This document shows, piece by piece, positions 18,166-27,310 of a stretch of 36,095 bases of DNA. This DNA is from Candidatus Micrarchaeota archaeon. Lineage in GTDB: Archaea; Micrarchaeota; Micrarchaeia; Norongarragalinales; Norongarragalinaceae. The notes beneath the pieces were generated by a model. It ran no database searches and had not been told where the DNA came from. It was given only the letters and a program-made list of their open reading frames with translations. Made by a program: the position numbers and the translations under genes. The stretch spans positions 1-36,095 of the forward strand of contig JBBIMI010000008.1 of assembly GCA_037444485.1 (NCBI GenBank). Reading direction: 5' to 3'. The number at the start of each line of letters is the position of its first letter. Within the stretch, counting starts at the first letter, position 1.

Positions 18166-18321
18166 TTACGAGTATTTCTTGAAACCCAGACCCCCAGCAA
18201 TTTCCCTGAAGCACTTTCGACAGACGTACAAGTCGTACTTGCGAATCAGACCCCGCGCGTTACCGCAAAACCTGCATTTTCGTTTCATTCTCTTCTTGAA
18301 GCGATTCTCAAGCTTGTTCAA
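18166..18321 (-). CDS. rps14: 30S ribosomal protein uS14 (Zn-binding; not in ORF track)
   Basis: [51 protein letters not shown]; between L5 and S8. Confidence 0.96.
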   Translation of the reverse strand: MNKLENRFKKRMKRKCRFCGNARGLIRKYDLYVCRKCFREIAGGLGFKKYS

Positions 18322-18408
18322 CCAACACCGCCTTACTTAAAATCATGAAAAAATTGGATACAAAATGCAAAACATGGTGCAGTGATTATTCTGCAAATTT
18401 TGTTGTGA

Positions 18409-18915
18409 TTATGAAACGATGCTCGCGCCGAATTGTTTTTGCATGAATTCGACGGCTTCGCTTTTTGAAACGCGTTGCTTGACCGGAAGCCTTCCCGCAG
18501 CAATTCTCCTGTAAGCGACTCGAACGCCTTTCTTTGCAAGCTTCACACAAACGTCGAATCCAAACATCCCAATCTTTGGGTCGTACTTCATGCCAGGAAA
18601 ATCGATGTATTCCTTCACGCCGAATGAGACGTTTCCGTAATCGTCGAAACTGCTTGCCTTCAATTGCTTGTCCACCGCGTCCAACGCGTTTTTCAAAACC
18701 TCTTCGGCTTTTTTCTTTCTTAAAGTCGCTTTCACGCCCAGCGGGTCGCCTTTCCGTATTTTGAATGAAGGGTTTCTAGCGTGGGCTCTAGTGACGACTA
18801 CTTTTTGACCGCAGATTTTCTCCAGTAATTCTCTTGCTTTCTCGAGAACTTCGCCTCCGCCGCCTACCCCGATGTTGAGCATTACTTTTTCTAAAAAAAC
18901 CTTGTTTAAAGCCAT
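18409..18915 (-). CDS. rpl5: 50S ribosomal protein uL5
   Basis: EKVMLNIGVG, FDDYGNVSFG, YDPKIGMFGFDV. Confidence 0.98.
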   Translation of the reverse strand: MALNKVFLEKVMLNIGVGGGGEVLEKARELLEKICGQKVVVTRAHARNPSFKIRKGDPLGVKATLRKKKAEEVLKNALDAVDKQLKASSFDDYGNVSFGVKEYIDFPGMKYDPKIGMFGFDVCVKLAKKGVRVAYRRIAAGRLPVKQRVSKSEAVEFMQKQFGASIVS

Positions 18916-18990
18916 TTTTTAAACCACGTTTTTCGCGCGTTCATTCTCCTACTTTCGCTTTTCTTTTCGCTTTTTTCTTTTTTTGTTTCG

Positions 18991-19737
18991 TTACTCTTTA
19001 GTTTGTTGTAGTTGTGTTTTGAAATCTTCGTCTACGACGAACAAGTAGTCTTGTAGCGTGATCAGCTCGTGGCCGCCTGCCTTCAACAACGCGTTGTTGC
19101 CTTCGCTGCCTTTGCGTTCGAGAATTTCTGCAAGCGTGGCGACTTCTCCAGAGTGTTTTCCGTACGGAATGTAGCATAAAGCGCCTTTCTCGCGTTTTAA
19201 TACGGCTTTAATTGATTGCTTGGGAACGCTTAATTTTACGGAATCGCCGGGCTTGAGCTCGCGCCCGCCGCCGTTTTTTCCAGTATTTTCGACTAAAATG
19301 CTTCTCCCGTCGTGAAACACTAGCTGCGTCTTGCCTTTTTTTGTGGTGAGTTTTCGAATTACTTTGCAGTACTTCCATGATGCTTGCTCCGCTGGAATTT
19401 GAATCAAGGAAAGTTTTTGCTTTACGAACACAATTCTGAAAGCTGTTTTGAGTTTGGGGATGGAAACCACGTCCATCAATCCGACTGGTCTTTTTTCGTC
19501 GCGAGCGAGCGCGCCGTCAACAAATAGTTCATTGTTTTTGATCAAGTTTTTCGCTTCCCTAAAATCGTCAGCCAACTTCAAGTAGTCTCTGACTATGAAG
19601 AGGAGGGGTACGGATGTTTTTTTCGAGTGCGGGCCTGGCTCTGTTTTCTTGAACCAAGTTTTTTCTTTTCTCGCGATTGCAATTATTGGCGGCGTTGAAA
19701 TGCGTTTCAAGTGCTTTGTTCCACCGTGTTTAGCCAT
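18991..19737 (-). CDS. rps4e: 30S ribosomal protein eS4
   Basis: KHLKRI, PGPHS, PVGLMDVVSI, HDGRS. Confidence 0.97.
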   Translation of the reverse strand: MAKHGGTKHLKRISTPPIIAIARKEKTWFKKTEPGPHSKKTSVPLLFIVRDYLKLADDFREAKNLIKNNELFVDGALARDEKRPVGLMDVVSIPKLKTAFRIVFVKQKLSLIQIPAEQASWKYCKVIRKLTTKKGKTQLVFHDGRSILVENTGKNGGGRELKPGDSVKLSVPKQSIKAVLKREKGALCYIPYGKHSGEVATLAEILERKGSEGNNALLKAGGHELITLQDYLFVVDEDFKTQLQQTKE

Positions 19738-19811
19738 TACTAAAACCACCATTCACTGTTTTTCGACTTGTTTTTCGACTTGTTTTTGGCTTCAAGTTTT
19801 CAGGTTTTAAT

Positions 19812-20204
19812 CTAGGTTGCTGGCTCCTGCACTACAGGCTTTTTTTGTTTTGGCGTTCTCTTCACCAATTCAGTCAACAGTAAGTTGGATGGGTGCAGGG
19901 GCGCGAGAACTTCTTTCCCGCCTTGCTTCTTCAACACGCATCCTTCCACGAACACCCGCATTTTAGACGAGTTGACTGAAACGATTTTGCCTTCTTTTTT
20001 CTTGAACTTGCCGCGCATTACCTTAACCTTGTCGCCTTTGCGTACTGGCAGCGAGCGTTTTTTCAACCTCGCGCGCAGTTCTTTACTTAAATGTGCTGCA
20101 ACCAGCTTTTGTCTCTTGTGCAGCGGGGCAGCGAATTCCAAGAGCCTCTTCTTGCGCTTTTTTTTTGATAAGATTTTGAACTTCAACTCGTTTTCACACC
20201 GCAC
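19812..20204 (-). CDS. rpl24: 50S ribosomal protein uL24
   Basis: APLHKRQK, LSKELR, VRKGDKVKVMRG, HPSNL. Confidence 0.97.
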   Translation of the reverse strand: MRCENELKFKILSKKKRKKRLLEFAAPLHKRQKLVAAHLSKELRARLKKRSLPVRKGDKVKVMRGKFKKKEGKIVSVNSSKMRVFVEGCVLKKQGGKEVLAPLHPSNLLLTELVKRTPKQKKPVVQEPAT

Positions 20205-20259
20205 CAGTGTTTTTTCCGTTTTTCATGCTTGTTTTTCGTGTTTGTTTTTTGTCTTTGTT

Positions 20260-20655
20260 TTAAACGACTGCGGAAGCGATTGCAACTACTTTTGGAAAGC
20301 CTTCGGCGATTTCGCGCGCTACACAACCCTTGATTTCGGTGCCTTTCGGCAGGTTTTGTTCGTCGATGAGCACGCATGCATTATCCTCAAATTTGACGCG
20401 TTCTTTTCCGCGCTTGAATTCTTTTTTTTGGCGGATTATCACGGCGCGCTCCTTTTTTTTAACCATTGCTGGCGTGCCTTTCTTGACCGAGACTATCACG
20501 ACGTCCCCTACTCCGGCGCGAGGATAACGCCTCAAACGCGCTTTAACCCCAACAACCCCAATTATCTCGACTATCTTCGCGCCACTATTGTCATCGCAGA
20601 CGAGGGATGTTCCCTTGTTTAACGCTTTCGTAACCCGCGCCGTCAATCCAAGCAT
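20260..20655 (-). CDS. rpl14: 50S ribosomal protein uL14
   Basis: CDDNSGAK, AGVGD, FEDNA, PKGTEIKG. Confidence 0.98.
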   Translation of the reverse strand: MLGLTARVTKALNKGTSLVCDDNSGAKIVEIIGVVGVKARLRRYPRAGVGDVVIVSVKKGTPAMVKKKERAVIIRQKKEFKRGKERVKFEDNACVLIDEQNLPKGTEIKGCVAREIAEGFPKVVAIASAVV

Positions 20656-20669
20656 TTTTAAACACGCTC

Positions 20670-20752
20670 TCTTTTTTTATTTCTTTTTTAATTTTTTTTA
20701 ATTTTTTTTATTTCTTTTTTTATTTCTTTTTTAATTTCTTTTTTAATTTTTT
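20670..20752. repeat. Low-complexity A/T tandem tract between rps17 and rpl14
   Basis: Reiterated tttcttttttta / atttttttta units. Confidence 0.8.
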
Positions 20753-20807
20753 AGTGCTTCCAGCATCGTTTCAGCATTATTTCTTCTCGTTTTTTTCTTT
20801 TTCATTT

Positions 20808-21137
20808 TCATTTCTTTTGATTTTCGTGTTTCACCATCACGTGGCTTTTCGTCTTGCTGATTTTCCTGCACTCTGCTGCCTTAATGATTTCGCCTTCCTT
20901 AACCTGCATACAAGGCGGAACATGAACGTGAATCTTGCTCCTGCGTTTTTCCAAACGCTCGTACTTGCGCACCTTATACAAGCGTTGGATTTCGATTACT
21001 GCAGTGTTCTTAGACTTGGCGCTGACAACGCGCCCCTCAAAAACCATTCCCCGCGTCTTTAGGCCGCCGTGAATAGGACAATTCTTGTCGTGACACTCCA
21101 AATTCAATCCACCCTCGTTTTTCTTTTTTTCTTTCAC
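20808..21137 (-). CDS. rps17: 30S ribosomal protein uS17
   Basis: CHDKNCPIHG, KYERLEKRRSKIHVH, AECRKISKTK. Confidence 0.97.
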   Translation of the reverse strand: MKEKKKNEGGLNLECHDKNCPIHGGLKTRGMVFEGRVVSAKSKNTAVIEIQRLYKVRKYERLEKRRSKIHVHVPPCMQVKEGEIIKAAECRKISKTKSHVMVKHENQKK

Positions 21138-21194
21138 TAACGTCTTTCTATTCGTCTCTCTGCTTTTTTCTTTCTTTTTTGTTTCTTTTTTCTT

Positions 21195-21533
21195 TCAACG
21201 CAGTTTCTTTGTTTTTTGAAGCATTTGAAACAATTTTTTTGTCCGCTCTTCGGGCCTGCACGCGAGAACTTCGCCTGAAACCCGCAGCGTTCCGAAAAGA
21301 AAAACGCTTCCTTTTTTCGGAATGCGTTTCCTGCCGCGCGACGTTTGAATCAGGAAAGTCGCGAGAGTCTCGTCAACAATTTCGCCTTCAATACCTTGCA
21401 GGCTTCTGCAAGCGCTTGAAACGACTTTTACTTTCTCGCCGATGAGTTCACCCAACAGGAAGCGAAAGCGAGAGTGAGAGTCGTGATGCGATTGCTTTAA
21501 GCCTGCTGGAGGAAAAGGCTTTTTTCCAGTCAT
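21195..21533 (-). CDS. rnp1: RNase P protein component 1 (Rpp29/Pop4)
   Basis: ELIGEKVKVVSS, GIEGEIVDET, IPK, RPEER; position between aIF1 and S17; ATG 21533. Confidence 0.93.
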   Translation of the reverse strand: MTGKKPFPPAGLKQSHHDSHSRFRFLLGELIGEKVKVVSSACRSLQGIEGEIVDETLATFLIQTSRGRKRIPKKGSVFLFGTLRVSGEVLACRPEERTKKLFQMLQKTKKLR

Positions 21534-21537
21534 GAAC

Positions 21538-21604
21538 GAAAAAACAAAAACAAAATAAAAAACAAAATAAAAAACAACAAAATAAAAACAAAAACTAAAA
21601 TAAA
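21538..21604. repeat. A-rich low-complexity tract (U/G-rich in transcript)
   Basis: Reiterated aaaac / aaaat units. Confidence 0.8.
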
Positions 21605-21677
21605 TGAGTGATGAAGGGCGAGTGAGGAAAATTCCACACGCCGCCACACCACTGCATTAAGCGTTCGGCGTCTGCAT

Positions 21678-21983
21678 TCAAGTCGCTTGAATTATTTCTT
21701 TTGAATAACCGAGTTTAGTCAAATACTCTACTACTTTCTCGCGGTGGCTTCCCTGCAGGACGATTACGCCGTTCTTGCTGCTTCCGCCGCACGCGAGAGA
21801 ACGCTTTAATTCCTTGAAAGTTCGCTCCAACTCTTCGCCTTTTAAGCCTTCAACAACAGTTACGAACTTGTTGAACTGCTTTTTTGTTACGTAAACCTTT
21901 ATCTTCACTACAGTTTCTTTCTCTAGAGCTTGGCATGCACAAATTTCTTTAGGCAAGCCGCACGTTGCACAAATTTCTCCCAT
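21678..21983 (-). CDS. sui1: Translation initiation factor aIF1 (SUI1)
   Basis: ICATCGLPKEICAC, LKRSLACGG, LQGSH. Confidence 0.96.
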   Translation of the reverse strand: MGEICATCGLPKEICACQALEKETVVKIKVYVTKKQFNKFVTVVEGLKGEELERTFKELKRSLACGGSSKNGVIVLQGSHREKVVEYLTKLGYSKEIIQAT

Positions 21984-22103
21984 TTTCTAGAAAAACAAAC
22001 CTCCTTTTTCTCTACTCTTTTTTTTCTTTCCCTTTTTTCTTTCTCTTATTTCTTTTTTGTCTTTTTCTCTAACTCTTTTTCCAGTATTTTTTTAAGTTTA
22101 AGC

Positions 22104-22310
22104 TTAAATCTTGTGCTTTCTTTGGTTTAAAATAGTTTTTATTCTGGCGCGCAAGCGCTTTAACTCGCGATAGCGGCCTGCGTTCGAAGGCTTTCCAGTA
22201 GTCTTTAACGCACCGTACTCCGCAATTATTTCTTGCTCTATTTCTTCGAGCGTCTTTAGCAAGTCAGGCGTGCTTGAAGCACGCAATTCCTTTACTCTCT
22301 TAATAGCCAT
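22104..22310 (-). CDS. rpl29: 50S ribosomal protein uL29
   Basis: MAIKRVKELR, NAGRYRELKRLRARIKT; follows S3. Confidence 0.95.
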   Translation of the reverse strand: MAIKRVKELRASSTPDLLKTLEEIEQEIIAEYGALKTTGKPSNAGRYRELKRLRARIKTILNQRKHKI

Positions 22311-22315
22311 GTTTC

Positions 22316-23038
22316 TCAACTTGTTTCAGCACTTTCAACGCCTTCAACGCTTCCAGCGGCTTTAGCTTCGGCGCTTTCGCCAACTGCTCCGATGCCCGAA
22401 GCTGTTGCGTCAGCAGTTGGCGTGGCAGGCTGTTTGACTGAAACATCTTGAATTATAATCTTGTCCGAAAAACTGGCATCCGGGGGAACGATTCTGACTT
22501 GAATGCCGATCGCGCCCGCATTCAAGTAAACAACGTAACGCCCTTCATGCACCACCTTCATCGACTCTCCGGATTTTTTCAAGTAACCGGCTCGCGCGGT
22601 CAACGCTTTCGCTTTCGCGCCCTTGCCTACGATTTTTCCTGCAACACGAATTTCTGCGCCTACTGCTCCAGAACCCATTATCTCGCGGATTGCTGAGCGG
22701 ATGATGGGTTTTATTGACGGATTCAACTCGATTTGTTTCCCTATCTTCTCAGCCATCAGCTTCGCGTCCAACTCTGGACGCGTGACTTCAACGACTTCGA
22801 TTTGCGGGTTTTCAATCCCGAAACGCTGCTGCAGCTCTTCACACAATTCTTTTATCGCTTTTCCTTTTTTGCCTACCACGATTCCAGGCCTGCGTACGAG
22901 AATGCTTATGCGCGTCGCTATAGGCGTTTTCTGAATCGATATCTCTGAAACTCCGGCGCGCTCGAGTTCTTTCTCTAAAAACCTTTTCACGTCGAAATCG
23001 TTCAACGCTTTCTTAACCAGTTTTTTTTCGACAGCCAT
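22316..23038 (-). CDS. rps3: 30S ribosomal protein uS3
   Basis: RPGIVVGKKG KH domain, ENPQIEV, GAVGAEIRVAGK, GYLKKSG. Confidence 0.97.
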   Translation of the reverse strand: MAVEKKLVKKALNDFDVKRFLEKELERAGVSEISIQKTPIATRISILVRRPGIVVGKKGKAIKELCEELQQRFGIENPQIEVVEVTRPELDAKLMAEKIGKQIELNPSIKPIIRSAIREIMGSGAVGAEIRVAGKIVGKGAKAKALTARAGYLKKSGESMKVVHEGRYVVYLNAGAIGIQVRIVPPDASFSDKIIIQDVSVKQPATPTADATASGIGAVGESAEAKAAGSVEGVESAETS

Positions 23039-23070
23039 TAGTTCACCTTTCCAAATGCTTCCGAATGATT

Positions 23071-23682
23071 TCAAATGGATGCTTCCGAACGATTCAAGTT
23101 TTCAGTTTTTTTACCTGTTTCCGCTTCCTTCTTTTTTTCTTTTTTTTCTTTTTCTCCCGCTTTTTCTTTTCGTTTTTCTTTTTCTTCAAAACTCTTTTCC
23201 GCCTCGCTCAACGCGAGCTCCGCGCGGCAAGTCACGTAATCGCTCCAAAGCGCGCGTTTTCCGTACCCGATGCTGCTGCCGCCAACCCAAAACTTGCGGT
23301 AGCGTTTGAAAGTATGCTGTTTGAATGCTGCAGCGTGGCGCACGAAAAGCTTGTCTTCACTCAAGCCCTTCTGCAGCGCGTTCGCTTCAGCGTTTTCTAA
23401 AAGCGCGAGCGCGAGACGCGCTTCCTTGATTGGATACTTGCCTTTCCTTCCGCCGAGTTCGCTGCGGTGGCCCATTCCCTTGTTGAATTTCTTGAACGGA
23501 ATTGGTTTTTTCTTCGCGATCACGTCTTCAAGAATTTTTTTTGCTTGCGCGAGCGGCTTGCCTTTAATCGCGCGGCAAGCTTGACTCAAGTCTTTATAGC
23601 TCGCGTCAACATCGTGGAATTGCGCAAACGCGCTTTTCTTCGTTTCCTCGGCACTCAATTTGATTGAGTAATTGTACGCCAT
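23071..23682 (-). CDS. rpl22: 50S ribosomal protein uL22
   Basis: CRAIKG, IPFKKFN, GKYPIK, LENAEANA. Confidence 0.96.
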   Translation of the reverse strand: MAYNYSIKLSAEETKKSAFAQFHDVDASYKDLSQACRAIKGKPLAQAKKILEDVIAKKKPIPFKKFNKGMGHRSELGGRKGKYPIKEARLALALLENAEANALQKGLSEDKLFVRHAAAFKQHTFKRYRKFWVGGSSIGYGKRALWSDYVTCRAELALSEAEKSFEEKEKRKEKAGEKEKKEKKKEAETGKKTENLNRSEASI

Positions 23683-23694
23683 TTTCTTCAGCCT

Positions 23695-24087
23695 TTACTT
23701 TAATTCAACGCTCTTGCTTCCACGCGTCGCGCCGATTCCCGGGCCGCTGTGTTTAACGGGCTTTACAGTAATAGCGTATTCGCCTAGCTTGTGTCCAAGC
23801 ATTTCTGGAACGATGTTCACGTCGGTGAACGCGTTACCTGAATGCACTTGAATCCTCGAGCCCACCATTTCAGGCAGCACGACCATTTCCCTGAAGTGCG
23901 TGCGCATAGGCTTTTGTTTCCCGCTTGCCTTGTGTTTTCGAAACTTTTCCAGAAACTTTTTCACTTGCGCATTCATTCGTTTGAGGAGCCTGCGCGACTT
24001 GGAGGGAACCAACTTCGCGAATTCCTCTATAGTCATTTTCTGCAGTTGCTCTAACTCGAAGCCCTTGTAAACGAATTTTTTAACCAA
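23695..24087 (-). CDS. rps19: 30S ribosomal protein uS19
   Basis: RTHFREMVVLPEMVG, EMLGHKLGEY, HSGPGIGATRGS; TTG start behind GGTGG. Confidence 0.98.
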   Translation of the reverse strand: MVKKFVYKGFELEQLQKMTIEEFAKLVPSKSRRLLKRMNAQVKKFLEKFRKHKASGKQKPMRTHFREMVVLPEMVGSRIQVHSGNAFTDVNIVPEMLGHKLGEYAITVKPVKHSGPGIGATRGSKSVELK

Positions 24088-24111
24088 TTCAAACCACCGT
24101 AAATTCAAGGT

Positions 24112-24849
24112 TTAAGCAGCCGACTCTATGGTTTTAGCCGCGCGGCCTTTCTTGCGGCCCGTCACGCGCGCCGCCAACTGTCCGACCTTGCGTCCAGGCG
24201 GAGTGCTTTTGCTGACAGTAGTTGACTTGCCGAAGCTCTTGCCGCCGTGCGGGTGGTCGTAAGCACTCATCGCGGTTCCACGCACTCGCGGGTAATACTT
24301 GTTTCTAGCCTTTAAAGCGTAATAACGAGCGCCTGCCTTTTTGAATGGCTTTTCAACGCGTCCACCTCCACAAGCGATTCCGATGGTTGCGAGGCAACGC
24401 GGGTCAAACGAAACTGTTTCTTTTGAAGACAAGTGCAGCGAAACGAGGCCGGTTTCTTCATCGTGAGCAATCACGTAAGCGCTCGCGCCGCTCGACCGCG
24501 CGATTCTCCCGCCGTCGCCTGGCTTGCGTTCGACGTTGAACACCGGCGTGCCGTCTGGAACGTTTGCGAGTTCGAGAACGTTTCCGACAGCGACTTGCGT
24601 GCCTCGCAGGGTGATAACGTCGTTTTTCTTCAAGCCTTCAGCTGCGATGAGGAAAATCTTGGATCCGTTTTCTAGGAGGATTTCTGCGAGAATCGCGTGC
24701 CGAGCTGGATCGTCAACAAAGCGCACTACTTGGCCTCGTGTTTCCTGCTGCGGAAATTCGTACCGCGCGTCAGCAAAAAACTTGTGGCTCGGCGCTTTAA
24801 ATGTCGGGCTGCCTTTCCCGCGCCTTTGTTGAATCAACTTCGTTCCCAT
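24112..24849 (-). CDS. rpl2: 50S ribosomal protein uL2
   Basis: QRRGKGSPTFKAPSH, PGDGG, PRVRGTAM..DHPHGG, PPGRKVG. Confidence 0.98.
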   Translation of the reverse strand: MGTKLIQQRRGKGSPTFKAPSHKFFADARYEFPQQETRGQVVRFVDDPARHAILAEILLENGSKIFLIAAEGLKKNDVITLRGTQVAVGNVLELANVPDGTPVFNVERKPGDGGRIARSSGASAYVIAHDEETGLVSLHLSSKETVSFDPRCLATIGIACGGGRVEKPFKKAGARYYALKARNKYYPRVRGTAMSAYDHPHGGKSFGKSTTVSKSTPPGRKVGQLAARVTGRKKGRAAKTIESAA

Positions 24850-24876
24850 CGCGTCAACACCTTTGCGTCAACACAC

Positions 24877-25128
24877 TTAAATTACTTTGAGTTTTGCAGC
24901 CAAATCGCTGGCTGCGCCAGGTCGTTTAAAACCCACTATCGCCTTCTTTCTGCCGTCTGCAGTAAAGCTAGTAGTTATCTTTTTTACTTTCTCTCCAAAG
25001 CGTTTCTCTATTTCTTTCTTTATTTCTCTCTTCGTAGATTTTTCTGCTACTATGAACGTCAGCTTGTTTTCCTTTTCAATCGCGCCGACTGCTTTTTCCG
25101 TAGTTAAAACGTGTAATACTAAAAACAT
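24877..25128 (-). CDS. rpl23: 50S ribosomal protein uL23
   Basis: TEKA, ENKLTFIV, GRKKAIV. Confidence 0.96.
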   Translation of the reverse strand: MFLVLHVLTTEKAVGAIEKENKLTFIVAEKSTKREIKKEIEKRFGEKVKKITTSFTADGRKKAIVGFKRPGAASDLAAKLKVI

Positions 25129-25217
25129 TTTCAACTCACTCTTTTTTCTTCTTCGATTGCGTTGTGTTAAGCGATTTCAGTTTCTCTACTGACTTTTCCA
25201 TCACCATCTTCTGGCCT

Positions 25218-25418
25218 TCAACTACGTATTCCTCCCTCGCCTTTCTTCAAGCGGTAGAGATCGTATCCCTCAATCGCTTTCTCTAGTTTTTTAAACGCAT
25301 TCTTCCCCGCATTCACTGTCTCAATCATCATTAATTCATTCGGGGAGGACGAGAGCTTCCACTTGCCGTGCGCTTCTGTGAGTTGTTTGACTAAAAGCGA
25401 TTTATAATCTTCAATCAT
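25218..25418 (-). CDS. Hypothetical 66-aa protein inserted between rpl4 and rpl23
   Basis: ATG-started ORF co-oriented with the operon, protein-like composition, unlike the low-complexity spacers elsewhere. Confidence 0.5.
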   Translation of the reverse strand: MIEDYKSLLVKQLTEAHGKWKLSSSPNELMMIETVNAGKNAFKKLEKAIEGYDLYRLKKGEGGIRS

Positions 25419-25461
25419 TCGTTGTTACCCCAGTTTCCACCAAGTTTTCCACCAAGTTTTT

Positions 25462-26289
25462 TCAAGCGTACAAGCCGTTTTCAGCGAGCTTACGTAAAGC
25501 ATTTTTCGTCCATACAGTAAGCCTGCCCGCGTTTCCGCCGGGCGCGAGTGCCTCTATAGTTAACTTGCTTGCCTTGACAGCGTCAACTCCAGGCAAGTTT
25601 CTAGTCGCCCGCCAAACTCCCTTGTCTTCGCCGAACACGATGAGCACGCTCTTTGGCTCGCGGTAGCCGCCCTTACGCATTCGCGCCCTGCCAGAGCGTT
25701 TTTTGCGCGTGCTGCTCGCGCGCTCTAAATCTCTCTCGAGGCCAAGCGCTTTAAGCGTTTTCAACGCGTCTTTAACGCGCGAAAGCGATTCAAAAGAATC
25801 GTCTACTACGAGTGGAACGCGAGTTTTTTCTGAAATCAAGTGCCCGCGTGCTTTAACGAGTTCAAAGATTGCGGTCGCGCTTATCGCGCTGCGAATCGCC
25901 TTATTTTTTTCCTTGAAGTTGATTCGTTCAAGCAAGCGTTTGACTGCTTTTGGCGGGTGTGCCCTGCGGCCTTTCACTGAATGCGGGACCATGCGCACGC
26001 GGCCGGTGCCTCCGCCGGGAATTTTTTCGCGCGGCAAGCGCGAGCGACCAGTGTTAATGATTTGCCTCCAACTCCTCCTGCGCCCGTAATACTTTGCGGT
26101 CGTCTGCATTCCAGCTAGCAGGAAAACGCCTTTAGGCTGCAAGCGCTTCGAAGCTTCAGAGTGGAAAGCGCGCCGAATCAAGTCTGGGCGGAAAGCTTCA
26201 TTGAACTGGACAGGCAAATCCACTTCGCCGACTGGCGAGCCATTCAAACCAAAAACTTGAACCCTCAAAAAATCAACCCTCACTGACAT
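25462..26289 (-). CDS. rpl4: 50S ribosomal protein uL4
   Basis: RPDLIRRA, GRRAHPP, INFKEK, RNLPGVD, LAPGGNAGRLTVWT; true start may be a few codons downstream. Confidence 0.97.
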   Translation of the reverse strand: MSVRVDFLRVQVFGLNGSPVGEVDLPVQFNEAFRPDLIRRAFHSEASKRLQPKGVFLLAGMQTTAKYYGRRRSWRQIINTGRSRLPREKIPGGGTGRVRMVPHSVKGRRAHPPKAVKRLLERINFKEKNKAIRSAISATAIFELVKARGHLISEKTRVPLVVDDSFESLSRVKDALKTLKALGLERDLERASSTRKKRSGRARMRKGGYREPKSVLIVFGEDKGVWRATRNLPGVDAVKASKLTIEALAPGGNAGRLTVWTKNALRKLAENGLYA

Positions 26290-26320
26290 GATTCTCGTTG
26301 GATGACTAATAGCGCGGTGA

Positions 26321-27295
26321 TTACGATTGTTTTATTATCATCTTTAACTCTGGTTTTTTAGGAGAGCGTTTGAACAAGGGCTTGCGTAACCGCACTATGC
26401 GCTTGTTCGGACCCGGAATGCTTCCCTCTAAGAGAATGAATTCGCCGCGTATTTTTCCGTAGTGCGCTGTTGCGCCAGAAGGCGAGATTTCGCTCGCGTC
26501 TTTAGAAATCTTGAGAATGCGTTTGTTGAATTCTGCCCGCCTGTGAAAACCTGTTTGACCAGCGCGGGGAACAGAGTAGAACACTTTCGCTTGGCGTTCG
26601 CTTCCGATGCTTCCGCCGTGCCTTCTTGCTTTAGTCGCTTTTCGCGGGTTTAACGCAACTCCAAAACGCTTTACTACTCCCTGCCAACCCTTTCCTTTAG
26701 TTACTGCGACAACATCCACAAAGTCGCCTTCAGAGAAAACTTGGTTGAACGAAACTTCTTTGCCTAGAAGTTCGCGCGCTACAGCGAGTTTTTCAGCAGC
26801 ATTCGAACCCCCAACACCGATTTCAAGAGGCTGTGGTTTCTTTGAACCGAAGCCGGTCTTGTAGGGTTGGGTGAATGCGAGAACGCGCGCTTCACTCAAA
26901 CGCCAAACATTTTTTTCGATTTCCTTAAAGCCTTTCGCGTTTTTCTTCGCGAGCGGAAAAACTTTTGAAAACGCTTTCGGCGCGTTCGGCGCGCAAACTT
27001 GCGTGAATGCTTTCAAACCATAAGGAGTGTTTTCGTAAGCCACAACCGCGTAAACAAACAAAGGCGGCACTTCTAGAATCGTGGCCGCGCGAGTCACTTC
27101 CTGACCCTTCGTCGGCGATTCACTGTCGTCAATCATCAAAACGTGCGTCATCCCGGCTTTAAAACCAGCGAAGCCAAGCAAGCCTTTCCCCGCGTTCCCG
27201 CCTGAAGGCCAGGAACGAATTCTGGGAACTAGTTTTGGAGCGCGCTTCCGACGCCAAAACGCGCGAGACCCGTGCTTCGGCGCTTTCTTACCCAA
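26321..27295 (-). CDS. rpl3: 50S ribosomal protein uL3
   Basis: GFKAGMTH, TKGKGWQGVVKRFG, VPRAGQTGFHRR, GSIPGP. Confidence 0.98.
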   Translation of the reverse strand: MGKKAPKHGSRAFWRRKRAPKLVPRIRSWPSGGNAGKGLLGFAGFKAGMTHVLMIDDSESPTKGQEVTRAATILEVPPLFVYAVVAYENTPYGLKAFTQVCAPNAPKAFSKVFPLAKKNAKGFKEIEKNVWRLSEARVLAFTQPYKTGFGSKKPQPLEIGVGGSNAAEKLAVARELLGKEVSFNQVFSEGDFVDVVAVTKGKGWQGVVKRFGVALNPRKATKARRHGGSIGSERQAKVFYSVPRAGQTGFHRRAEFNKRILKISKDASEISPSGATAHYGKIRGEFILLEGSIPGPNKRIVRLRKPLFKRSPKKPELKMIIKQS

Positions 27296-27310
27296 AAACC
27301 ATCAACCCTG

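Noticed and set aside
21605..21660. GAGGAAAATTCC resembling the RNase P RNA P4 motif next to rnp1
   Set aside because: Antisense to the operon, only about 70 nt of free space and no matching 3' P4 strand
3458..26864. Numerous plus-strand ORFs opposite ribosomal protein genes
   Set aside because: Antisense shadows of well-conserved minus-strand genes
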